In this document: positions 7,006 to 15,115 of the stretch, in pieces | How the letters are laid out: each line of letters opens with the position of its first letter | Numbering within the stretch: position 1 is the first letter of the stretch | Origin: Ignavibacteria bacterium | GTDB lineage: Bacteria; Elusimicrobiota; Endomicrobiia; PHAN01 | Length of the DNA stretch: 17,798 bases | NCBI GenBank assembly: GCA_041694835.1 | Contig: JBGFRZ010000084.1 | Span: 1 to 17,798 of the forward strand | Reading direction: 5' to 3' | Notes under the pieces: generated by a model | Seen by the model: only the letters and a program-made list of their open reading frames with translations | Databases searched by the model: none | What the model was told of the DNA's origin: nothing | Position numbers and translations under genes: made by a program

Positions 7006-8457
7006 ATGGATATGAATCTTGTTGAAAAAATCGCAAAAGAGGTTATATCGGATTATTCAAAAAAATCTCCGAGAGGAAAAAAAATTCTTGTAATTTTCAT
7101 GGGCGGGGACAGAAACATCGACGACGCCCTGGAAAGCGTCAGGCAGATGAGTCTGTCTTGTGAAGTCAAGATTGTAGTGACTCGCGCTGGCTCATCCGTT
7201 ATAGGTAGAGAGCGAATAAAGAACACGACTGGCGCTTCATGGATAATATTGGATGATGGAAAACAAGATTCATTAGAGCTATCGTTGTGGGCTGATGTTC
7301 TGGTCATCGCCACCCTGACGCTCAACGGTCTTTCGAAGATAGCCAATCTTATAACGGATACTTTGCATTCCAACATCGTCGTAGGCTGTCTTGAAAGGCG
7401 GATTCCGATAATCGCCGCCAGAGACGCCGTATTTTGTTCCTGCCATCCCGAACCTGTGTCTGGATCAGGACTTTCAAGAAAAGTCGAGTCCTACATCGGC
7501 GAACTCAAAAATTTTGGAATAACCGTTACGACGGCAAAAAATCTTTCGAGGGAAGTTTCGTCAGTTTCAGATTATGCCTCAAGAAAGGTGGAAGTCACAT
7601 ATGGCACCGCCGGAAAAGTTTTCGCTCTTCCACTTGCAAAATTTGGTCCAATCATAGACAACTGTTCCGCATTTAAAGACGGGGTTGATTGCTCGAGTTG
7701 CGGAAAATGTGTCGAGAAAAAATCGGGCTCCGTTGAGGCGGTCATATCCGCCGGTGCCGACAGGATAGGGGACAGCTCTGGAGCTTCGGCGTCTCATCTT
7801 GCTTCGTACATAGATCACACGCTTTTGAAGGCGAACGCGACGCAGGAAGAGATAGGGAAACTTTGCGAAGAGGCGAAAAAATATAAATTCGCATCCGTTT
7901 GTGTCAACCCCGCGTATGTGCCGCTCTGCGCTCATCTTCTGAGGGGTGGCATCGTAAAAATTTGCACCGTCGTCGGTTTTCCTTTGGGAGCGACCACACC
8001 TACGGTTAAAGCAATTGAGGCGAGGGATGCCATAGCCAACGGCGCCGACGAGGTGGATATGGTGCTCAATGTCGGTGCGGTGAAATCCGGAAACTATCAG
8101 CTTGTTCTGGACGACATAAAGGCGGTGCGCGATGCAACTCGGGGCAAGATACTCAAAGTCATACTTGAGACGGCTTATCTGACGCGCGACGAGAAAATAA
8201 AGGCGTGTCAGCTTTCGAAGGATGCCGGTGCGGACTTCGTCAAGACGTCGACCGGCTTTGGTCCCAGCGGAGCTACCGTGGAAGATATAAAACTTATGAG
8301 GGAAACCGTCGGCCCGGTCATGGGTGTTAAGGCTTCCGGCGGCATACGTTCAACGCAAGACGCCGCGAAAATGGTTGAGGCGGGAGCGACGAGGGTTGGT
8401 GCGTCGGCGTCTGTCGCTATCGTGACGGGCAAGGACGCCGGTAAAGGGAAATATTAA
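7006..8457 (+). CDS. deoC: Flavoprotein (HFCD-like) domain / Cys-rich linker / deoxyribose-phosphate aldolase fusion
   Basis: C-terminal ~220 aa is clear DeoC ([57 protein letters not shown]). N-terminal ~185 aa resembles the Flavoprotein family ([34 protein letters not shown]). Confidence 0.9.
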   Translation: MDMNLVEKIAKEVISDYSKKSPRGKKILVIFMGGDRNIDDALESVRQMSLSCEVKIVVTRAGSSVIGRERIKNTTGASWIILDDGKQDSLELSLWADVLVIATLTLNGLSKIANLITDTLHSNIVVGCLERRIPIIAARDAVFCSCHPEPVSGSGLSRKVESYIGELKNFGITVTTAKNLSREVSSVSDYASRKVEVTYGTAGKVFALPLAKFGPIIDNCSAFKDGVDCSSCGKCVEKKSGSVEAVISAGADRIGDSSGASASHLASYIDHTLLKANATQEEIGKLCEEAKKYKFASVCVNPAYVPLCAHLLRGGIVKICTVVGFPLGATTPTVKAIEARDAIANGADEVDMVLNVGAVKSGNYQLVLDDIKAVRDATRGKILKVILETAYLTRDEKIKACQLSKDAGADFVKTSTGFGPSGATVEDIKLMRETVGPVMGVKASGGIRSTQDAAKMVEAGATRVGASASVAIVTGKDAGKGKY

Positions 8458-8465
8458 ACAGATAA

Positions 8466-8569
8466 GGGGACAGAGAACAGAGGACAGAGGACAGGGGACA
8501 GAGGTCAGAGAAAATCTCATCTCTCATCTCTCACTCACCCCTCATCTCTCGCCTCTGCCCTCTCATCTC
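8466..8569. repeat. Bipartite heptamer repeat tract (purine-rich then pyrimidine-rich)
   Basis: GACAGAG/CAGAGGA-type units (8466-8510) followed by CTCATCT-type units (8515-8569), partly complementary. Confidence 0.85.
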
Positions 8570-8589
8570 TAAACTAAATCGGAGGAAAT

Positions 8590-8871
8590 ATGGCAGAGGT
8601 AAAAGAAGCACTGGGGTTGATTGAAACGAGGGGGTTGGTTGCGCTTATCGAGGCGTCGGATGCTATGGTCAAAGCCGCAAAAGTTCGTCTGGCGGGTTAT
8701 GAAAAAATCGGTTCGGGACTTGTGACGACCATGGTTCGTGGAGAGGTCGGCGCGGTACGCGCCGCTGTCGAAGCCGGAGCTTCCGCCGCCCAGAAAGTGG
8801 GCGAGCTTGTCAGCGTTCATGTCATACCGAGACCTCACGACGATCTAGAAAAGATACTACCGAATAAATAG
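8590..8871 (+). CDS. Bacterial microcompartment hexameric shell protein (BMC-H, PduA/EutM-like)
   Basis: [34 protein letters not shown]...[24 protein letters not shown]...SVHVIPRPH. Confidence 0.97.
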   Translation: MAEVKEALGLIETRGLVALIEASDAMVKAAKVRLAGYEKIGSGLVTTMVRGEVGAVRAAVEAGASAAQKVGELVSVHVIPRPHDDLEKILPNK

Positions 8872-8911
8872 CGGCATGTAACAAAAAAACCCGCTCGGCT
8901 TTTGAGCCTTC

Positions 8912-9229
8912 ATGGATAAAAGCGATATCGTAGATATAATAACTCATCTCCTTGGCGTCCGTAAAGTGCGTGCCGAAAGCACGTTCGAAGATGTCAGGCG
9001 AAAAAACCCATCCGAGGAAAAAAAGTATAAAAGCGGTTTTTTTACAAGGCAAAAGTATAATGAACCATTTACGCATCTTAAAGGAGGTCGGGTGTTCATT
9101 TCAGAGTATGACTTAAAGGGGATGCTTCGGGAAAATTCGAACGAAATCACTATTCCGAAAAATGCCATAATAAGTCCGCTCGCCGCTGAGATAATACTTG
9201 AAAAAAATATTGAAGTGAAAAGGATTTAA
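8912..9229 (+). CDS. Small hypothetical protein, probably BMC-associated
   Basis: 105 aa between BMC-H and pilT; amphipathic N-terminal helix DIVDIITHLL; C-terminal FISEYDL...ITIPKNAIISPLAAE resembling the ITxxD...IITPxAxD module of BMC-locus proteins. Confidence 0.65.
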   Translation: MDKSDIVDIITHLLGVRKVRAESTFEDVRRKNPSEEKKYKSGFFTRQKYNEPFTHLKGGRVFISEYDLKGMLRENSNEITIPKNAIISPLAAEIILEKNIEVKRI

Positions 9230-9231
9230 TT

Positions 9232-10311
9232 ATGCCTTACGATGTAAAAAAACTCCTTGAGATAATGCTCAAGAAAAATATATCAGACATACATCTAAAG
9301 GCGAACTCCGCGCCGCTTATTCGCCTTAACGGCGAGTTGATGGAAGCGTCTTCGGAAAAATTGAGTCCCGACGCAATCAGGAGCGTCGCGGATGCGTTGC
9401 TCGACAAGGAGCAAAAGAAAAGTTTCGAAAGCGAATATGACATAGATTTTGCGTATTCAGTTGAAGGGCTTGCCCGGTTTCGTGTAAACATCAGTATGGA
9501 GAGAGGAAACCCGACTCTTGTCCTTAGGGTTATTCCTACAAAAGTAAAGTCCTTCGAAGATCTTAATCTTCCCGCAAGTGTTCTTACAAAATTATGCAGC
9601 GAGTCGCGCGGGCTGGTTTTGATAACCGGCATCACGGGGGCGGGCAAGACAACAACGATGAACGCGATGATAGATTACGTTAACTCAAACATCAAATGCA
9701 AAATAGTTACGGTGGAAGATCCCATAGAGCACTATCATTTCGACAAGAAGTCGTCCATATCTCAGCGGGAAATCGGCAGAGACGCTAAATCTTTTGAAAT
9801 GGCTTTGAAATATGTTTTAAGACAGGATCCAGACATCATCGTTATAGGCGAACTCAGGGATTATGAATCGATGAGGGCTGCTATGACGGCCGCCGAAACG
9901 GGGCATCTCGTAATGGCGACTATACATACAGTCAACGCCGCTCAAACCGTCGAAAGAATCATCAGTTTGTATCCCCCTCACCTCGAGGCTATCGTCCGGT
10001 CGCAGTTTGCAAATGTCATTAAGGGGATTGTGGCGCAGAGACTTGTTCTGAGCAAAAATAATTCGATGCTTTATCCTATAACCGAAATTATGATAGGGAC
10101 ATCCTTGATAAGAAACATTATAACAGAGGGGAAGTACTCCGAGATAAATAAAGCTGTAGAGCAGGGTTCATTTTATGGAATGAAAACTTTTGATCAAAAT
10201 CTGTACGAACTTTGTATGGAAGGGAAAATCTCTACTGAAACGGCCCTTGAAAACGCGACAAACATCGATGATATCACTCTTCGCCTGAAAGGAATCGAAC
10301 GCACGTCTTAA
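9232..10311 (+). CDS. pilT: PilT/PilU-family type IV pilus retraction ATPase
   Basis: SDIHL, RFRVN, Walker A GITGAGKT, VEDPIE, LRQDPDIIVIGELRD, His box AETGHLVMATIHT, LIRNIITEGK, GMKTFDQ. Confidence 0.92.
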   Translation: MPYDVKKLLEIMLKKNISDIHLKANSAPLIRLNGELMEASSEKLSPDAIRSVADALLDKEQKKSFESEYDIDFAYSVEGLARFRVNISMERGNPTLVLRVIPTKVKSFEDLNLPASVLTKLCSESRGLVLITGITGAGKTTTMNAMIDYVNSNIKCKIVTVEDPIEHYHFDKKSSISQREIGRDAKSFEMALKYVLRQDPDIIVIGELRDYESMRAAMTAAETGHLVMATIHTVNAAQTVERIISLYPPHLEAIVRSQFANVIKGIVAQRLVLSKNNSMLYPITEIMIGTSLIRNIITEGKYSEINKAVEQGSFYGMKTFDQNLYELCMEGKISTETALENATNIDDITLRLKGIERTS

Positions 10312-10334
10312 TTCGAAAATTAAAAAAGCAAATA

Positions 10335-12086
10335 ATGTTTAAAAAATGGGAATTCAACCTACTCCCCTCCGAGAAAGATAATTCACGGTGGCGGTTGAAA
10401 ATGCAAATATCCGAAGATGAGCTCGATAAAGTGATTGAGGCGCTGCCGGGGAATAAAGGCCGACCTTTTATCGTCGAGGACGGCGTTTATGATTTTGGTT
10501 TATACTTTTATAATCTGAGTGAATCAGACTACGACAAGATAAAGTTCGCACTCGAAAAAGTATGCCGGGAAGGAAAAGCCGAAAAATTCAGTCAGAATGC
10601 CCCCCCTGATTTTTTTTCGGATCTGGCAGGAGAAATCGAAAAGACGTTTAAAACAGAAGAGACGGACAACTCCGAAGAACCATCAAAAAAGGAATCCAAG
10701 AACGAACGGAATGTTACGACCAGAGAAAAACACGCGTACAAGCAGGATGGCGCTCCCCATCGCGCTTTGGTTGAAGATGTGCCACTGAATCCAGATTATA
10801 GTTTTGAGCAGTTTGTCGTAGGCCCCAACAACAGATTTACCCATGCGGCGGCTCTTGCGGTGGCAAATGCTCCGGGCAAAACCTACAACCCCTTTTTTAT
10901 ACACGGCGGCGTGGGATTGGGGAAAACTCATCTTATGCAGGCCATAGGTCAGCATGTCCGTAAAAATTTTCCGGATTTGAAGGTTTTTTACATTACGACG
11001 GAGGCGTTTGTCGCAGGCGTGATTGATGCCATAAGCAGTGGGGGGGCGACATCGTTAAGGAATTTCTACAAAAATGTTGACATCCTGCTTGTTGACGACA
11101 TTCAATCCCTATCGCAGTCCGAATCGACACAGGACGAGTTTTTTCACATATTCAATCTTCTGCACCAGAACAAAAAGCAGATTGTGATAACCTGCGATCG
11201 CCCGCCAAAGCTTTTAACCATTCTTGAGGACCGCCTTCGCTCGCGGTTCGAGTGGGGACTTATCGCCGACATAAAATCCCCGAGTCTTGAGACGAGGGTC
11301 GCGATATTGAAGAAAAAGGAAGAGTTGGAACATCTTGTTCTTGACGACAATATCCTCCTTTATATCGCCTCTAAGCTTAAATCAAATGTGAGAGAGCTTG
11401 AAGGGTTTCTTAAAAGGATTACGGCATATTCGTCTTTGACAAAACAGGATGTTGACATAGAACTTGTAAAAAACCTGATGGCCGAACTTTTGCCTAGCGA
11501 AGAGGAGCCTCACATTACGGTCGCCGAGGCCGAGCAAAAAGCTCAAGCGGTAACCGTTGTTCCGCCGCCTCCACCCCCGGAAAAGATGGAAACACAGTCG
11601 TTGAAGGCTGAAGAAATAAAAATTGTTTCCGGCCCACCGACGGCTCATGGCGAGCTTCATGCCGCACCGCTTCCGAAAGTGGATCTCACTCTTAAACCCA
11701 TGGATGTTGTATTTTTTTATCCCTCGGGCTCCGAGAAGGAGCTTGCTAAAGTAAAGGAAAAATTCGCTGAAGTTATAAAGAAACACAAGTTGAAATTTCG
11801 GCTTGTCTCGATATTCGATAAGTCGTATGAGATTAAGGGGAAAATAAATTATGCGCTTTTCACCGAACTTTGCAAAACAAATAAGACGAACATAGCCGTG
11901 GTGCTGTCCCCCCCGCCCAACTCGGAGGTAAAGGAAGATGAATTTTCGAATGTATTGGGAGCTCTGATGAGCGACGAAAAAATTTCATTCCAACTCGTGC
12001 CATGGCAGGAACTGAACAAAGATTACAGATATCTAAATCTTGCGCTTGATATCACTTTGAGCAATACAAGCGTGAAGGCAGAATAA
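10335..12086 (+). CDS. DnaA-family AAA+ ATPase paralogue with non-canonical N- and C-terminal domains
   Basis: Well conserved DnaA domain III (LNPDYSFEQFVVG, YNPFFIHGGVGLGKTHL, LLVDDIQ, RLRSRFEWGL, SNVRELEG) but no domain IV HTH; Pro-rich linker and a different ~128-aa C-terminal domain instead. Confidence 0.88.
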   Translation: MFKKWEFNLLPSEKDNSRWRLKMQISEDELDKVIEALPGNKGRPFIVEDGVYDFGLYFYNLSESDYDKIKFALEKVCREGKAEKFSQNAPPDFFSDLAGEIEKTFKTEETDNSEEPSKKESKNERNVTTREKHAYKQDGAPHRALVEDVPLNPDYSFEQFVVGPNNRFTHAAALAVANAPGKTYNPFFIHGGVGLGKTHLMQAIGQHVRKNFPDLKVFYITTEAFVAGVIDAISSGGATSLRNFYKNVDILLVDDIQSLSQSESTQDEFFHIFNLLHQNKKQIVITCDRPPKLLTILEDRLRSRFEWGLIADIKSPSLETRVAILKKKEELEHLVLDDNILLYIASKLKSNVRELEGFLKRITAYSSLTKQDVDIELVKNLMAELLPSEEEPHITVAEAEQKAQAVTVVPPPPPPEKMETQSLKAEEIKIVSGPPTAHGELHAAPLPKVDLTLKPMDVVFFYPSGSEKELAKVKEKFAEVIKKHKLKFRLVSIFDKSYEIKGKINYALFTELCKTNKTNIAVVLSPPPNSEVKEDEFSNVLGALMSDEKISFQLVPWQELNKDYRYLNLALDITLSNTSVKAE

Positions 12087-12087
12087 T

Positions 12088-13722
12088 ATGTTTCTTATGA
12101 AGCTTAGATACAATTTACTCTTCACCCTTTATTTTGTATTCTGGTTTCTGTTAGGTGTTTATTTTTTGTTTACCGCCATTAATGGCGCAATTTCAAATAG
12201 TTTTAGAAAAGATTTAAAGGAAACTTCTCCGAGGACAATCGCCGATTATCACGACTATTTCGAGAGTAAAAAGCCATTGGTGAAGATGATATTAATCGAT
12301 AAAAAAACAAGAGCGGCGGGAAAATCTTTTGTAAAGAAAAACACATATCCGGTTGCTATGTTTTCATTTGAGACATCTTTGAACGGGAAGACGGCGAGGG
12401 TATGGTATTCGTCAGACTCTTTCGTAAGACAGCTGAACAACCATGTTGGAAAAATTTTATTGTTTGTCGTTTTCTGGCTTATTCTCGGAGCGGTGGGATT
12501 TTATGTAATTTTGAAAAAAGCGTTTTTTTTGCCTTTGGAGGCCGCGATGAGCGGAACATCGAACTGCCGCGACAATTTTACAGGCTTATTTGGCGGGTTG
12601 GTAAAAAAGATGGACACCTATAAAGAGCAGAGAAATTTGGCCGAAGTCCACACTTCCATGCTGCTCCAGGCGGCAAAGACGGTGTCTTCTTATATTGATT
12701 TGAACAGAACACTCTCGCAGATTCTCGATATGGTCGTGGAAAAATTTCCAAAGACTTCCTGCGCCATAACCATGCTCGACGAAGATGGATACCTGAGAGT
12801 GAAAAATTCGCGGGGGCTGTCGAACGATTTCGTGAAAGCCGTGAAACTGAAAAGATGCGAAGGTTTTGTGGGAGAATGCGTCGAAACAAGGAAAATCATA
12901 GTTATACAGGACACCGATATCGACAAAAAAGCAGAAACCGAACATCTTGAAAAAATTGAAAATATAAAATCCTTCGTCCACATTCCGATAGTTGTTGAAA
13001 ACAGGGCGATAGGCACGTTTAATATAAACTCGTCGCAAAAGGACTATTTTACACACGAGATTGTAAACATCGTCGCCACTCTTTGCGAATATCTCTCTAT
13101 AGCCATTGCGAACGCCAGGCTCTATGAAAAGATAAAGGATTTCAACAGAAGGCTTGAAGCGGAGGTTTCATACACAACTAGCGAGCTTCTTAAAACTAAC
13201 ACGAAACTTGTAGAAAAAATCAGGGAATTGAAGGCGATATCGGATATCTTTAACATCGTGTCCAAGAATCCAGACATAAACAAGGGTATCGCCGAAGTAT
13301 TCGACAGGGTTCGGGAAATTCTTAATGTCGATGTAGGAGCATTTTTTTCATACAATTCCCGGAGCAAAATATTGACGAGACGGATGCAGTTTTTCGGCTA
13401 CAGAAAAATCACATTCGACGACGAACTTTCGGCATTTTCGGTTGATGTGAAAAATCTTGAAGTGGTGAGAGATGTCGTCGCTCTAAAAGAGCCGAAAATG
13501 GACAACTCTCCCCATCCCCCGAACTGGTCGTTTTTGCCTAAAGAGGTGTACGTACAGTCGCTCATAGTTTTTCCCGTGTCACATTCGGACGATGTTTTGG
13601 GCGTTATGGTTCTTGCCAACAAACTCGGAGGTAAATTCGAAAGTGATGACATGGATTTTGTTTCGCTCGTGTGTTCGTTTATCGCAGAATACATCGGAAA
13701 ACAAAAGTTACTCAAAAAGTAA
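12088..13722 (+). CDS. Membrane-anchored tandem GAF-domain protein with no recognisable output domain
   Basis: Two hydrophobic segments (~7-30 and ~124-143); GAF 1 (EGFVGECVETRKIIVIQD...IKSFVHIPIV...IGTFNI...IAIANARLYE); coiled coil; GAF 2 (VQSLIVFPV...VLGVMVLANK..GKFESDD); ends at TAA. Start ATG 12088 or 12097. Confidence 0.8.
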   Translation: MFLMKLRYNLLFTLYFVFWFLLGVYFLFTAINGAISNSFRKDLKETSPRTIADYHDYFESKKPLVKMILIDKKTRAAGKSFVKKNTYPVAMFSFETSLNGKTARVWYSSDSFVRQLNNHVGKILLFVVFWLILGAVGFYVILKKAFFLPLEAAMSGTSNCRDNFTGLFGGLVKKMDTYKEQRNLAEVHTSMLLQAAKTVSSYIDLNRTLSQILDMVVEKFPKTSCAITMLDEDGYLRVKNSRGLSNDFVKAVKLKRCEGFVGECVETRKIIVIQDTDIDKKAETEHLEKIENIKSFVHIPIVVENRAIGTFNINSSQKDYFTHEIVNIVATLCEYLSIAIANARLYEKIKDFNRRLEAEVSYTTSELLKTNTKLVEKIRELKAISDIFNIVSKNPDINKGIAEVFDRVREILNVDVGAFFSYNSRSKILTRRMQFFGYRKITFDDELSAFSVDVKNLEVVRDVVALKEPKMDNSPHPPNWSFLPKEVYVQSLIVFPVSHSDDVLGVMVLANKLGGKFESDDMDFVSLVCSFIAEYIGKQKLLKK

Positions 13723-13742
13723 AACGCGCAAGGAGGATTGTT

Positions 13743-14921
13743 ATGCAGTTGAGACTGGCTGACAGGTTGTCAAGACTTGGTACGGAAACTGCTTTCGAGG
13801 TTTTGGCAAAAGCCAGAGCTCTTGAAGCGAAAGGCAGGGATATTGTTCATCTTGAAATAGGGGAGCCCGATTTTGACACGCCAAGAAACATTCGCGACGC
13901 CGCAAAGAAAGCTATCGACGATGGATGGACGCATTACGGCCCTTCGGCGGGACTGCCGGAGCACAGAAAGGCGATAGCTGAGTATATTTCCAAAACCAGA
14001 GGCATCGACGTTGCTCCTGAAGAAGTAGTGGTGACGCCCGGTGCAAAACCTATAATATTCTATACCATCCTCACTGTCCTTAAGCCGCGCGACGAGGTTA
14101 TCTATCCAAATCCGGGATTTCCGATATATGAGTCGATGATTAAGTTCGTCAGCGGCATCCCCATATCCATCCCCCTGAGGGAAGAAAACGATTTCAACTT
14201 CGACATAAAGGAATTCAAAAAACTGATAACTCCGAATACAAAACTAATAATTCTGAATTCTCCGCAGAATCCGACGGGCGGCGTCCTTTCAAAAGAGATA
14301 CTTGAAGAGATAGCCGACATAGTGCTGGAAAGGGACGACATAGTTGTGCTTTCCGACGAGGTCTACTCCCGGATGCTATATGACGGCGAAGAGCATTTCA
14401 GTATAGCTTCAATTCCCGGCATGAAAGAAAGGAGCATAATCATAGACGGATATTCGAAGACTTACGCCATGACGGGTTGGCGGGCTGGATATGGCGTGAT
14501 GAACAAAGAGTACGCCGGCTGGATGACGAAACTTATGACAAACTCAAATTCCTGCACCGCTTCTTTCACGCAAGTTGCATGCATTGAAGCTCTGAAAGGG
14601 TCGCAGCTCGAAGTCGTCAAGATGGTTGCGGAATTCAAAAAAAGGCGAGATGTCATAGTAGAGGGTTTGAATAAAATAGTCGGAATAAAGTGCAAAAAAC
14701 CAAGAGGGGCTTTTTATGTATTTCCGAATTTTTCCGACTTTGGAATGAAGTCGAAAGAGATGGAAGAGTTCCTTCTTGAAGAAGCTGGGGTAGCGGCGCT
14801 GGCCGGGACTTCTTTCGGCGAATATGGCGAAGCTTACATAAGATTCTCGTATGCCAATTCGGTTGAAAATATCAAGAAAGCGCTTTCTAAAATTGAAGAG
14901 GCGTTGAAGCGTTTGCGATGA
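13743..14921 (+). CDS. PLP-dependent class I/II aminotransferase (aspartate aminotransferase-like)
   Basis: AGGAGG SD before ATG 13743; LEIGEPDFDTP, NSPQNPTG, SDEVY, SKTYAMTGWRAG, GAFYVF, IRFSYA. Confidence 0.95.
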   Translation: MQLRLADRLSRLGTETAFEVLAKARALEAKGRDIVHLEIGEPDFDTPRNIRDAAKKAIDDGWTHYGPSAGLPEHRKAIAEYISKTRGIDVAPEEVVVTPGAKPIIFYTILTVLKPRDEVIYPNPGFPIYESMIKFVSGIPISIPLREENDFNFDIKEFKKLITPNTKLIILNSPQNPTGGVLSKEILEEIADIVLERDDIVVLSDEVYSRMLYDGEEHFSIASIPGMKERSIIIDGYSKTYAMTGWRAGYGVMNKEYAGWMTKLMTNSNSCTASFTQVACIEALKGSQLEVVKMVAEFKKRRDVIVEGLNKIVGIKCKKPRGAFYVFPNFSDFGMKSKEMEEFLLEEAGVAALAGTSFGEYGEAYIRFSYANSVENIKKALSKIEEALKRLR

Positions 14922-14951
14922 GGTGCCATCAATTTTTTAGAGATATGAAAT

Positions 14952-14980
14952 TTGACATAGAATGAAGTATTATGTATAAT
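14952..14980 (+). promoter_or_regulatory. Consensus sigma70 promoter upstream of the transketolase-like gene
   Basis: TTGACA (14952-14957), exactly 17 nt, TATAAT (14975-14980). Confidence 0.85.
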
Positions 14981-15115
14981 TTTCGTCCTTCCGTAAACCA
15001 TCGCTTATTTTACGGCGTTGGGTCTCGTTTCTGCCGTAACCTGGTTTTTATCCTATCGGCTGATGTTATCGTTTAAAACGCTAATCCATTGTTTGCCAAA
15101 TGTAGGAGGTTAAAG

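Noticed and set aside
8883-8910. Intrinsic terminator after BMC-H
   Set aside because: Only a 4-bp GCTC/GAGC stem, and the T-tract is on the opposite strand; too weak to call.
10312-12087. Canonical dnaA with oriC
   Set aside because: No domain IV, no dnaN, flanking gaps of 23 and 1 nt, and I saw no TTATCCACA-type box cluster.
12113-12156. Third repeat-encoded hydrophobic segment (GAF protein TM1)
   Set aside because: Hint of 7-nt periodicity but too degenerate to distinguish from ordinary T-rich TM codons.
14981-15115. TPP riboswitch upstream of a TPP enzyme
   Set aside because: Lacks the conserved GCUGAGA and CUGAU...AUxxxxGCGxAGGGA arrangement of the TPP aptamer.
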